Made by a program: the position numbers and the translations under genes. From sequence record SRR31156797_8656: DNA of 54,398 nt; one strand, 5' to 3'. Positions 19,182 through 28,778 of this stretch are shown here, one piece after another (position 1 is the first letter of the stretch; the number at the start of each line of letters is the position of its first letter). The notes beneath the pieces are model-generated. The model was not told the origin of the DNA and did not search any database. It saw only the letters and a list, made by a program, of their open reading frames with translations.

Positions 19182-19753
19182 AGGCTTCCTTTCAACTCCA
19201 ATTCTTCTGCCACCTCTTTCATAGCCTCAATGCAATCGTGAATCAAATCTGGTATCTCAATTCCTAACATTTCAGCTCCACGTTCAATAACTGTTCGATC
19301 GACTCCGGCAGCAAAGCGTTTGTTTTTCCAGTTACGTTTCACCGATTTTACTTTAACATCCAATACCGATTTCGACGGGCGAATAAGGGCTGTAGTTCGA
19401 ATTAATCCAGTTAATTCATCAACGGCGTAAAGTGTTTTTTCCAGAAGGGTTTCTGGCACAACTTCGGTGCAAGTAAGATAGGCATGACTTTCAATGGCGC
19501 GAATGTACTCTTCAGGCCAGTTGGCAGTTTCCAAAATTTCCCGTGTTTTTACGCAGTGTTCTTCAGGGAACTGATTCCAATCCATATCATGAACCAAACC
19601 TATAATTCCCCATTTCTCTTCATCTTCGCTGTGTTTCCTGGCATAGTACCTCATGCAAGCCTCTACTGCTTTTGCATGTATAAGTAAGCTAGGATTTTTT
19701 GTATAGGTCGTTAAAAGTTCATATGCTTCTTGTCTTGTGGGTATGTGAGTCAT
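19178..19753 (-). CDS. HD-superfamily predicted hydrolase
   Basis: LLIH..AVE, GLVHDMD, AIESH, LYAVDELTGLI, FAAGVDR. Confidence 0.88.
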   Translation of the reverse strand: MTHIPTRQEAYELLTTYTKNPSLLIHAKAVEACMRYYARKHSEDEEKWGIIGLVHDMDWNQFPEEHCVKTREILETANWPEEYIRAIESHAYLTCTEVVPETLLEKTLYAVDELTGLIRTTALIRPSKSVLDVKVKSVKRNWKNKRFAAGVDRTVIERGAEMLGIEIPDLIHDCIEAMKEVAEELELKGSL

Positions 19754-19932
19754 GAATTGCTAGTATCAAATTTATGAACGTGTACATATTAATTCTTGCA
19801 TGAGGAGTAAATTTACATTTACAATGTCAAATCATAAAGCTTAGCCTCTATTTTTTACATCTATTCTTTTTTAAACTGAATTTAAATAGTAGATTTAAGA
19901 CTTCAATGTCTGAATTAGAAGAATTTTAAAAT

Positions 19933-20301
19933 ATGAGTAATCAAAACAATACAAGAAGAGGATTTCTGCAAAAATTAGGATTAACGGTAGGGGCGGCGGC
20001 AGTGCTGGATTCTGAAGTGTTGGCAGAAATTAATCCCAACAGATATTCCAATGAGACAGAACGGAATGAGTTTTTAAATCAATACGAAATATGGGTGAAT
20101 GATTATATTTCTGTTGTTGAAAATGAGAAGAATGATCCTACTAATGTTGAAAATAAGAAAAGAATAATGCATTTATCGGCACAGGCAGAAGAATGGCCAG
20201 CGCAGATAAAAGAGTACATTAAACATGATGATTTTAAGCAAAAATATTTTGAATTGTCGAAGCAATTTGCCGAAGTTATTACGCCAGAATTGGAAGCGTA
20301 G
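19933..20301 (+). CDS. Hypothetical protein with twin-arginine-like signal
   Basis: TRRGFLQKLGLTVGAAAVLDSEVLA followed by an acidic, probably helical domain. Confidence 0.7.
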   Translation: MSNQNNTRRGFLQKLGLTVGAAAVLDSEVLAEINPNRYSNETERNEFLNQYEIWVNDYISVVENEKNDPTNVENKKRIMHLSAQAEEWPAQIKEYIKHDDFKQKYFELSKQFAEVITPELEA

Positions 20302-20340
20302 AATGATTTAATATGTAATAGTAATGGTTCCAATTGGAAC

Positions 20341-20374
20341 AAAGAGCGATGTTTGTTATCGCTCTTTTATTTTT
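20341..20374 (+). terminator. Intrinsic terminator
   Basis: aaagagcgat-gtttgtt-atcgctcttt followed by a T-rich tail. Confidence 0.75.
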
Positions 20375-20482
20375 ATTGTGCATCACAACTAGAGTTTTCG
20401 ATATTGGTTTTCATATATCTGGTAAACTATCTATATTGAATTTTACTAACTTTATTGCCTAATTACATTAGCCTTTTATTTT

Positions 20483-21385
20483 ATGAGTAAAGCAAAAGCA
20501 TGGATTCATGCATTTCGTCTTAGAACCCTGCCATTGGCACTTTCGAATATTTTTTTGGGAAGTTTTTTAGCTATTTCAAATGGTCATTTTAGTGTGAAAA
20601 TTTTCTTATTGGCAACACTTACAACTTTGTTTTTACAGATCTTATCTAATCTTGCTAACGATTTGGGAGATTCGATTTCAGGAGCTGACAATGAGGAGCG
20701 AGTGGGACCGGAACGTGCGGTTCAGAGTGGCTTAATTAGTAAGAAAGAGATGGTTAGAATGGTTGTGGTATTTGTTTTTCTATCATTAATTTCTGGTTTA
20801 TGGTTGTTGTGGGAGGCACTTCAGCTTTTAAGTTACAATCAGGCATTAATCATGTTTGGAATTGGAGTATTGGCTATTGGTGCTGCCATTAACTATACTG
20901 TGGGTAAGAATCCGTATGGCTACAATGGTTTTGGAGATTTGTTTGTTTTTGTATTTTTTGGCTTGGCAGGAGTTGTTGGTACTTATTTCTTGTATACCGG
21001 AGAAATAAATTGGACAATATTTCTTCCGGCTTCATCTGTTGGATTGCTAAGTGTTGGTGTGCTGAATCTGAACAATATGCGTGATGTGGAGAACGATACG
21101 AAAACTGGAAAAAGAACTTTGGTTGTAAAAATTGGTGCTAGCAAGGCAAGAATTTATCATTTATTCCTAATTGTGATAGCTATGAGTGCAGCATGTGCTT
21201 ATGTAATGATTCATTGGAATACCTATACGCAGTTGTTGTTTTTGCTTAGTTTTCCATTGCTTATTAGAAGTTTGCTTGTTGTGTTTAAAAATAAGGAAGC
21301 AAAAATGCTCGATCCCGAATTAAAAAAACTGGCATTAAGTACTTTTTTCTTTAGCTTAACTTTTGGAATTGGGATGATTCTTTAA
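20483..21385 (+). CDS. menA: DHNA polyprenyltransferase
   Basis: RLRTLPLA, SNLANDLGD, NLNNMRD..ND...GKRTL; multiple TM segments. Confidence 0.95.
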   Translation: MSKAKAWIHAFRLRTLPLALSNIFLGSFLAISNGHFSVKIFLLATLTTLFLQILSNLANDLGDSISGADNEERVGPERAVQSGLISKKEMVRMVVVFVFLSLISGLWLLWEALQLLSYNQALIMFGIGVLAIGAAINYTVGKNPYGYNGFGDLFVFVFFGLAGVVGTYFLYTGEINWTIFLPASSVGLLSVGVLNLNNMRDVENDTKTGKRTLVVKIGASKARIYHLFLIVIAMSAACAYVMIHWNTYTQLLFLLSFPLLIRSLLVVFKNKEAKMLDPELKKLALSTFFFSLTFGIGMIL

Positions 21386-21410
21386 TTTCAAATCAATATA
21401 TTCTCACATT

Positions 21411-22454
21411 ATGCTTAAAGCTGATTACATACATTATCCATTAAATTTTAAACGCCCTAGTGGTACTTCTCGTGGAATTTTAACAGGAAAAGATTCCTGG
21501 TTTATTCGAATATGGGATGATAGAAATCTTGAAATTAAAGGAATTGGAGAATGTTCTATCATTAAAGGTTTAAGCCACGATGATAGAGAAGGGTATCTTG
21601 AAAAGCTTAAAGAGGTTTGTGATCAAATTGATGATTTTTGGTATTATTTAGAGGAAGGTTTAAGAGAGTGGCCATCTATTTATTTTGGATTGGAAACTGC
21701 TTTTTTAGATTTTAAGGCAAAAGGTGCAAAAATATTATTTCCTTCGAAATTCACAACAGGAGAGAAGAGTATTCCTATTAATGGTCTGATTTGGATGGGA
21801 GATTCTGTTTTTATGAAGGAACAAATTCAACAAAAATTAGAGGCAGGTTTCGATTGTATAAAGATGAAAATTGGAGCTATTCATTTTAAAGAAGAGCTTC
21901 TCTTATTGGAAAGTATTCGCAAAGAATTTGGACCGGATAAAATAGAATTGCGTGTTGATGCCAATGGGGCATTTGGCGTAGACTCTGCTCTGGATAAACT
22001 TAAAGATTTGTCGCAATTTCAACTTCATTCTATAGAGCAGCCAATAAAAGCTGGACAATGGAGAGATATGGCTCAACTTTGTGAATCCACGCCGCTTCCA
22101 ATTGCTCTCGATGAGGAATTAATTGGGGTGTATAATTTACAAGCAAAATTAGACTTATTGGATACAATAAAACCTCAATATATAATTTTAAAACCGAGTT
22201 TATTGGGTGGAATAAAAGGAAGTAAAGAGTGGATTGACATAGCGGAGGAAAGAAATATTCCTTGGTGGATCACTTCTGCATTAGAATCGAATATTGGATT
22301 AAATGCCATTGCTCAATGGACTTACACTTTAAATAATTCCTTACCGCAAGGATTGGGTACCGGACAACTTTACACAAATAATATTTCTTCACCACTGGTT
22401 ATTTCCAGAGGTAATTTAAAATATGATACAAATTTAAATTGGGAGACAATTTAA
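21411..22454 (+). CDS. menC: o-succinylbenzoate synthase
   Basis: KMKIG, RVDANG, IEQP, IALDEEL, ILKPSLLGG, SALES. Confidence 0.94.
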   Translation: MLKADYIHYPLNFKRPSGTSRGILTGKDSWFIRIWDDRNLEIKGIGECSIIKGLSHDDREGYLEKLKEVCDQIDDFWYYLEEGLREWPSIYFGLETAFLDFKAKGAKILFPSKFTTGEKSIPINGLIWMGDSVFMKEQIQQKLEAGFDCIKMKIGAIHFKEELLLLESIRKEFGPDKIELRVDANGAFGVDSALDKLKDLSQFQLHSIEQPIKAGQWRDMAQLCESTPLPIALDEELIGVYNLQAKLDLLDTIKPQYIILKPSLLGGIKGSKEWIDIAEERNIPWWITSALESNIGLNAIAQWTYTLNNSLPQGLGTGQLYTNNISSPLVISRGNLKYDTNLNWETI

Positions 22455-23531
22455 ATGAATAGAGGATTGATCATTAATGGAAAGACATACACCGAAGAAG
22501 AGCTCATTTTGTATTGTCATAACCTTATTTCTAATTCGGTAGAAGAATGGGAGCGTGATTATTGCCGTTTTATTATAGAATGGCTGAATAATTCCGATGA
22601 AGTGAGTGCAAAAACTTCAGGTTCTACGGGAACTCCAAAACAAATAAAACTATCCAAGCAAAAGATGATTAATTCCGCTCGTTTAACGGGCGAGTATTTT
22701 GGTTTTAAGGAAGGAGATACAGTTCTATTTTGTTTGTCAAGTAATTTCATTGCCGGTAAAATGATGATTGTACGTGCTTTTGTATGGCAATTGAATTTAA
22801 TACCTGTTTCTCCCAATGGTTATCCTTTAGAAAATGTAGGTTCAGATTTTGATTTTGCCGCAATGATTCCCCTGCAGGTAAATAATTCTTTACTCGATAA
22901 GGTGAAGTTGGATAGAGTAAAAAATTTGCTTATTGGTGGAGGAGTAGTTGATTTGCATTTATCAGAATCATTACAATCGGTAAAAGTCAATTGTTTTGTA
23001 GGATATGGAATGACTGAAACGGTTTCGCATGTGGCCATACGTTCTTTAAATGGGGAGAATAAATCCGATTTATATTCAGCAATGGGTAATGCTAAATTTA
23101 TAACAGATGAACGTAGCTGTTTGTGTATTGAATCTTCAGCTGTTCTAGATCACTTATTGGTTACGAATGATGTAGTTGAATTGGTTAGCAATAAGAAATT
23201 TAAGTGGTTGGGAAGGTTTGATCATGTTATTAATTCAGGAGGAATTAAACTGTTTCCTGAGCAATTAGAGCTGAAATTACAAGGGATTATTCAGCATCCT
23301 TTTTTTCTTGCAGGAATTCCAGATGCTCATTTAGGTGAAAAAATGATTCTTTTGATTGAAGATGAGAATTGTAAAGAGGAAAAAAGATTAGAAATAAGAA
23401 GGCAAATAAAAAGCCTGTTCGTAAAATATGAACAGGCTCGGGAAATATTTTATATTTCTGAATTTAAAAGAACAGAAACAGGTAAAATTCAACGTGAAGC
23501 AACACTTGAAGAATTTATACTCTCAAGATAA
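22455..23531 (+). CDS. menE: o-succinylbenzoate--CoA ligase (short Bacteroidota form)
   Basis: TSGSTGTPK, YGMTETVSH, GRFDHVINSGGIK, TETGKIQR. Confidence 0.9.
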   Translation: MNRGLIINGKTYTEEELILYCHNLISNSVEEWERDYCRFIIEWLNNSDEVSAKTSGSTGTPKQIKLSKQKMINSARLTGEYFGFKEGDTVLFCLSSNFIAGKMMIVRAFVWQLNLIPVSPNGYPLENVGSDFDFAAMIPLQVNNSLLDKVKLDRVKNLLIGGGVVDLHLSESLQSVKVNCFVGYGMTETVSHVAIRSLNGENKSDLYSAMGNAKFITDERSCLCIESSAVLDHLLVTNDVVELVSNKKFKWLGRFDHVINSGGIKLFPEQLELKLQGIIQHPFFLAGIPDAHLGEKMILLIEDENCKEEKRLEIRRQIKSLFVKYEQAREIFYISEFKRTETGKIQREATLEEFILSR

Positions 23532-24166
23532 GTGAAAAGCTGAATTAGGTCATCTGCGTTCTTCCAGTTCATTTTATTTTCTTTCATATATCTTATAGCT
23601 TGTGCATTAAAGATATCAGAAAGATTAGATTTTATTGATCTCACTTTTTTAGGCAATTCACCATTTTCTTCAATAAGTAGAATCGTTTTAACCTTTGAAA
23701 TATCATCTATGTTGGGGCAGGATTTACAGATGTATTTCACATATATATTTTTAGAACCTTCATATACTTTTTGGAGATAGCCTGATAGAGAATCTTTTTT
23801 TACGATATGTTTCATGTAAATAAATTGCGCTCCATTAATATTAACTTCTTTTATTTTGTGAGGAGAAGTAATCTTACTGAATTGAGATTCTATTTTACAT
23901 TCCATTTCATCTTGAGAAATGTTATAGCGAATTCCCTCAGGTTGAATTACTTCATTGTTAATGGTAATTAATTTTCCATTTTGAAAACTCATGCATGAGT
24001 ACATGTCTGGTTTTGTAATATTGGAATATTGAGCGGGATTAGGTACAAAATATTGCATTATTCCATAGGTTGGAAACTGATCTTGTTCTTTTGTTATTGG
24101 ATTAGAATATCCATTTGCAGAAACAATAAATGACAATAAAAAAAGGTTGAGTAAAAATTTATTCAT
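23489..24166 (-). CDS. Hypothetical exported protein
   Basis: 225-aa ORF with a signal-peptide-like N-terminus; overlaps the menE end convergently by 43 bp. Confidence 0.65.
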   Translation of the reverse strand: MNKFLLNLFLLSFIVSANGYSNPITKEQDQFPTYGIMQYFVPNPAQYSNITKPDMYSCMSFQNGKLITINNEVIQPEGIRYNISQDEMECKIESQFSKITSPHKIKEVNINGAQFIYMKHIVKKDSLSGYLQKVYEGSKNIYVKYICKSCPNIDDISKVKTILLIEENGELPKKVRSIKSNLSDIFNAQAIRYMKENKMNWKNADDLIQLFTYLESINSSSVASR

Positions 24167-24313
24167 GTAGGATGAGTTGAGGGGTTGTAATTAATACCTT
24201 CAAAATTAGAATAAATTGGATGTTTGTAACAATTGTGTTGTTTAATTTCGGAATAGATTTGATAAACGGTTGTATATTTTATGTCAGGATGTGAGTGGAT
24301 TTGTCTAGAAATG

Positions 24314-24339
24314 AAAAACACCGATATTACTCGGTGTTT
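24314..24339 (-). terminator. Intrinsic terminator of msrA
   Basis: aaacaccga-tattac-tcggtgttt with an A-run on its left side. Confidence 0.7.
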
Positions 24340-24340
24340 A

Positions 24341-24961
24341 TTATTCTTTTAGTTTGTCTTTAAAGATTTTTTTAAATTTCTCCATCTTAGGTTTGATAAC
24401 GAAACTACAATAGGGTTGATTGTTGTTATTGTTGAAATAATCTTGATGATAATTTTCAGCGGGATAAAATTTAGAAACCTTTGTTATTTCTGTTACAATA
24501 GGATCATCCCAAGCTCCAGACTCCGTTAATTTATTCTTATAAGATTGTGCAAGTTTCATTTGCTGTTCGGTATGATAAAACACAGCTGATCGATATTGTG
24601 TTCCCTTATCAGCTCCTTGTCTGTTTAAAGTTGTAGGATTATGCGTTTGCCAGAACACTTCCAATAAATCATCAAAGCTAATCACAGCAGGATTGTATGT
24701 GATTTGACAGACTTCGGCATGACCTGTTTCACCTGTACATATCTCTTTATAAGTTGGATTCTTGGTTTCACCTCCCATATAACCAGAAACAACCTGTTCA
24801 ACACCTTCTAATTCTTGAAAAATTGCCTCTACACACCAAAAGCATCCTGCACCCAAGGTTACAATTTTTAAATTTTTGTTTTCTTTTTCTGTATTCATGC
24901 TTGTCTTTCCGAATGTAATTCCGGAAAGTAAAACGAATACAACAAATATTGACTTTTTCAT
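24341..24961 (-). CDS. msrA: Peptide methionine sulfoxide reductase A with signal peptide
   Basis: GAGCFWCVE, GYMGG, TGHAE, NRQGADKGTQYRS, AENYHQDY. Confidence 0.96.
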   Translation of the reverse strand: MKKSIFVVFVLLSGITFGKTSMNTEKENKNLKIVTLGAGCFWCVEAIFQELEGVEQVVSGYMGGETKNPTYKEICTGETGHAEVCQITYNPAVISFDDLLEVFWQTHNPTTLNRQGADKGTQYRSAVFYHTEQQMKLAQSYKNKLTESGAWDDPIVTEITKVSKFYPAENYHQDYFNNNNNQPYCSFVIKPKMEKFKKIFKDKLKE

Positions 24962-25080
24962 CTCTTCCGGTTTTATTATTTATAATGAGTCTAAAGATAG
25001 CTTTTGAATGAATTAAATCAAAGTTAAAAGATCTTAAACTCTTAAAACGTTTGTCAATATATTCTTCATTATATTTGAAT

Positions 25081-25659
25081 ATGATTAAGAATAAAAAGAT
25101 TGTTGGTATTGTATTGTCAGGTGGCAAAAGTTCCAGAATGGGAACAGAAAAAGGATTGGTTGAATGGAATGGAAAACCATTAATAGAATACTCTCTTGAA
25201 TGTATCCGAGGTATTTGTGATCAAATCGTAATTAGCTCCAATAAAAATTGCTACAACTATTTAAATCTGCCCGTTATTAACGATGAAATAAAAGAGTGTG
25301 GACCAATAGGTGGGATCTATTCTTGTATGAATAGAATAAAAGCTGATTTGTATCTTGTTATTTCCTGTGATGTTCCCAATGTACCAACTCAATTATTTAC
25401 AGATATGATTGGTGATATTGAAGATGCTGATTTAATTTGTCCAATTGATGAAAGCAATAGAAAACAACCATTGATATCGGTATACAGTTCAAATTGTTTA
25501 TCTATTCTTACAAGTGAGCTTATGGATGGCAACTATAAAATGATGAGACTTTTGGATTTATTAGAAGTAAAACTATTTCAGATTTCTCCAAACCTGGATT
25601 ATTACAATTCGAAACTATTGTCTAATGCCAACTCACCTGATGATGTTGCATCTCTTTAA
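25081..25659 (+). CDS. mobA: Molybdenum cofactor guanylyltransferase
   Basis: VLSGGKSSRMGTEKG, GPIGGI, SCDVP, QPL; directly upstream of a bis-MGD enzyme. Confidence 0.9.
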   Translation: MIKNKKIVGIVLSGGKSSRMGTEKGLVEWNGKPLIEYSLECIRGICDQIVISSNKNCYNYLNLPVINDEIKECGPIGGIYSCMNRIKADLYLVISCDVPNVPTQLFTDMIGDIEDADLICPIDESNRKQPLISVYSSNCLSILTSELMDGNYKMMRLLDLLEVKLFQISPNLDYYNSKLLSNANSPDDVASL

Positions 25660-25990
25660 TAAGCACTTTAAATACGGATATAGATCGGTATTTAAAATAC
25701 AGTTGTGAATGCTAAAAACATTAGAAAGTGTTAATGAATTAAAGATAAGTATGTCTTGTATTGTGAGTTAATTGAAGAATTATTACATCAAATGCAATTT
25801 AGTAAAGATCTAAATAGTTGCATATTTGTTTGTATCAGTGCTTTCCACGTTTTCTCTTTCTTTAGATCAATTCAAAAGAAGCTTTTTGTGTTCTACAACA
25901 TGTTTTCGTGTTCCCTTTTGATATATGTTTACATCCATAGATATAGTTTTCTATATGTGTTCATGTGTTAAAGTATAAAGATTTCACAAA

Positions 25991-28228
25991 ATGAAGAGCA
26001 GAAGACAGTTTATTAAAATAAGTTCATTAAGTGCTGCCGGATTAATTTTTGGTGGTGGATTATTAGAATCTTTCGCTAATAATTTGGTGAAGGATAATAA
26101 ATCATACTTTAAGGGACCTTATGATTTTACTCGCACTCCGACCTATTGCGAGGTGTGTTTTTGGAAATGTGCCGGTTGGGTTTATAAGGATGAAAATGGT
26201 AGAATCAAAAAGATAATTGGAAACGATTTAGACCCTAATTGTAATGGTCGATTTTGTCCGAGAGGAACAGGTGGGGTTGGAATGTATTTCGATGAGGATC
26301 GCTTAAAAACTCCATTAATCCGTAAAGAGGTAGATGGAAACCAGATCTATGTTGAAGCAAGTTGGGATGAGGCGTTCGAGCTAATCGCAACTAAAATGAA
26401 GCAAATAAAAAAGGAGCATGGTCCTGAATCTACAGCTTTATTTACCCATGGTTCTGGTGGGAAATACTTTGGTAAACTTTTAAAGGCTTTTGGGTCAAAT
26501 AATATTGCAGCACCTTCTTATGCACAGTGCAGAGGTCCTCGAGAGGTAGCTTTTATAGCAACATACGGTCAGGGAATTAATTCTCCTGAGAACACAGATA
26601 TTAGAGATACAAAGTGTTTGGTTTTAATCGGTTCGCACTTAGGTGAGAACATGCACAATGGTCAGGTTCAGGAAATGTCTGATGCCATTGACAAAGGTGC
26701 TAATATTATTACTGTTGATCCCCGTTTTTCAACTGTTGCGGGTAAATCAAAACATTGGTTGCCAATTAAACCGGCTACCGATAATGCACTTTTGCTTGCG
26801 TGGATGAATGTGATCATCAACGAAGAATTATACGACAGAAAGTATGTAGAAAAATATACATTTGGTTTTGATCAATTGAAAGATCATGTCCAAAGATATA
26901 CTCCAGAGTGGGCTTATAGTGTAACTACTATAAAGCCACAACAGATTCGTGAAACTGCCAGAGAAATGGCAAATGCCGCTCCTGCGGTAATTGTTCACCC
27001 TGGTCGTCATGTAACCTGGTATGGAGACGACACGCAGCGTTTACGTGCTGTAGCTATCTTAAATGCCTTATTAGGAAGTTGGGGAAGACGTGGTGGATTT
27101 TATAATCCTGAAAAAGCAACGGTTCCTCATTACAAACTTCCAGCTTTCCCTAAGCCAAGTAAGAATTGGCGTGATGCAATGAATGGCAAGTACAATTTGG
27201 CAGATTTAGCATTGGCTTCTGGTGTTTGCGATGCATCTATTCCATCGCCTGATTTGGATTACTCAGTTAGAGCCTGGATCGTAAATGGAACTAACTTAAT
27301 CAATACTTTACCAAATCAAAAGAAAACTATTGATGCAATTCAAGGTTTGGATTTGATGGTTGTTGTGGATACAATGCCTATGGAAATTACTGGATATGCA
27401 GATGTTGTTCTTCCTGAATGTACATATTTGGAAAGATACGATGCTTTAAGAATATCGCAGGGAAGAGAGCCAAGTATTGCATTAAGAATGCCAGCTGTTG
27501 ATCCACTTTATAATACCAAACCAGCTTATTGGATGGCTCGAGAATTAGCCAAGAAGCTCGATTTACAAGATTATTTTCCATTTGAGAATATTGAAGAAGA
27601 AATTGATTGGGAATTGAAGCAGGTTGGCACTTCACTCGAAGAAATGCAACGAGTGGGAGTGAAGAAGTTGGAAAGAGAATTTGATGATTTGTACTTTTCA
27701 GATGGAGAGGATATAGAGTTTAATACCAATACAGGCAAAATTGAACTGTATTCAACAGCTCTTGAAGAAGAGGGTTTTGAACCAATGCCTGTATATACTC
27801 CACATCCTGAACCAGCAGAAGGATTTTACCGTTTGATTTATGGTCGTGCTCCAATGCATACCTTCAGTAGAACGGCTAACAATCCAAATCTTACTGACTT
27901 AATGGATGAAAACACTTGTTGGGTGAATCCTAAAGTTGCTAAAGAATGGGATTTGGAAAATAATCAATATGTGTATTTGGAAAATCAGGATGGTATTGTA
28001 TCTGAGTTTCCAATTAAAGTAAGAGTTACTGAAAGAATCCGTTTTGATTCTGTTTATATGGTTCATGGATTTGGACATTCCGAAAAGAGAATGAAACGCT
28101 GTTTCGCTAAAGGAGTTAGTGATACTCAAATGATCACGAATGTAATGACCGATCCGATTATGGGAGGAACCGGAATGCGTGGAAATTTTGTAACATTTAG
28201 AACTGATATTAAAAAATCGGAGGTGTAA
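25991..28228 (+). CDS. psrA: Polysulfide/thiosulfate reductase-type molybdopterin catalytic subunit (PsrA/PhsA clade)
   Basis: Tat signal SRRQFIK; CEVCFWKC...CPRG [4Fe-4S] motif; probable Mo-ligand Cys in PSYAQCRG; YADVVLPECTYLER; HTFSRT. Confidence 0.85.
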   Translation: MKSRRQFIKISSLSAAGLIFGGGLLESFANNLVKDNKSYFKGPYDFTRTPTYCEVCFWKCAGWVYKDENGRIKKIIGNDLDPNCNGRFCPRGTGGVGMYFDEDRLKTPLIRKEVDGNQIYVEASWDEAFELIATKMKQIKKEHGPESTALFTHGSGGKYFGKLLKAFGSNNIAAPSYAQCRGPREVAFIATYGQGINSPENTDIRDTKCLVLIGSHLGENMHNGQVQEMSDAIDKGANIITVDPRFSTVAGKSKHWLPIKPATDNALLLAWMNVIINEELYDRKYVEKYTFGFDQLKDHVQRYTPEWAYSVTTIKPQQIRETAREMANAAPAVIVHPGRHVTWYGDDTQRLRAVAILNALLGSWGRRGGFYNPEKATVPHYKLPAFPKPSKNWRDAMNGKYNLADLALASGVCDASIPSPDLDYSVRAWIVNGTNLINTLPNQKKTIDAIQGLDLMVVVDTMPMEITGYADVVLPECTYLERYDALRISQGREPSIALRMPAVDPLYNTKPAYWMARELAKKLDLQDYFPFENIEEEIDWELKQVGTSLEEMQRVGVKKLEREFDDLYFSDGEDIEFNTNTGKIELYSTALEEEGFEPMPVYTPHPEPAEGFYRLIYGRAPMHTFSRTANNPNLTDLMDENTCWVNPKVAKEWDLENNQYVYLENQDGIVSEFPIKVRVTERIRFDSVYMVHGFGHSEKRMKRCFAKGVSDTQMITNVMTDPIMGGTGMRGNFVTFRTDIKKSEV

Positions 28229-28231
28229 GCT

Positions 28232-28765
28232 ATGAGATATGCAATGGCTATTGATACTAAAAAGTGTGTAGGTTGCAGCGACTGTGTAGTAGCTTGCCAA
28301 ACCGAAAACGATGTGCCAATCGGGTATTGCCGCGATTGGGTGGTGGAAGTAATGGATGGAACTTATCCACAGCTAGAAATGGAATTACGTTCTGAGCGAT
28401 GCAATCATTGTGAGAACTCTCCATGTGTTCGTTGTTGTCCAACCAGTGCAAGTCATTATTCCGAAGGAGGAACAGTACTGGTTACTAAAAATGAATGTAT
28501 TGGATGTAGTGCCTGCATTACATCTTGTCCTTATGATGCTCGTTTTGTTCATCCTGAAGGATATGTAGATAAATGTACTTTCTGTTTGCATAGAGTGAAA
28601 AAAGGAATGCAGCCAGCATGTGTGGCAGTTTGTCCAACCAAGTGCATGTATTTTGGAGATTTAGATGATCCGAGAAGTGAAGTTTCACAGATCTTGAAAA
28701 AAAGAAAGTCTAAAGCCTTAATTCCGGAAGCAGGAACTAAACCTCATTTGTATTTCCTAATCTGA
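28232..28765 (+). CDS. psrB: 4x[4Fe-4S] electron-transfer subunit (PsrB/NrfC-like)
   Basis: CVGCSDCVVAC, CNHCENSPCVRCCP, CIGCSACITSCP, CTFC...PACVAVCP. Confidence 0.9.
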   Translation: MRYAMAIDTKKCVGCSDCVVACQTENDVPIGYCRDWVVEVMDGTYPQLEMELRSERCNHCENSPCVRCCPTSASHYSEGGTVLVTKNECIGCSACITSCPYDARFVHPEGYVDKCTFCLHRVKKGMQPACVAVCPTKCMYFGDLDDPRSEVSQILKKRKSKALIPEAGTKPHLYFLI

Positions 28766-28778
28766 TAAATATTACCCT

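Noticed and set aside
25756-25971. 71-aa ORF upstream of psrA as a leader or regulator
   Set aside because: TTG start, low-complexity translation of AT-rich promoter DNA, and no motif.
28760-28770. Selenocysteine readthrough at the psrB TGA
   Set aside because: TGA is immediately followed by TAA, the protein is complete, and PsrA is uninterrupted with Cys at the probable ligand position.
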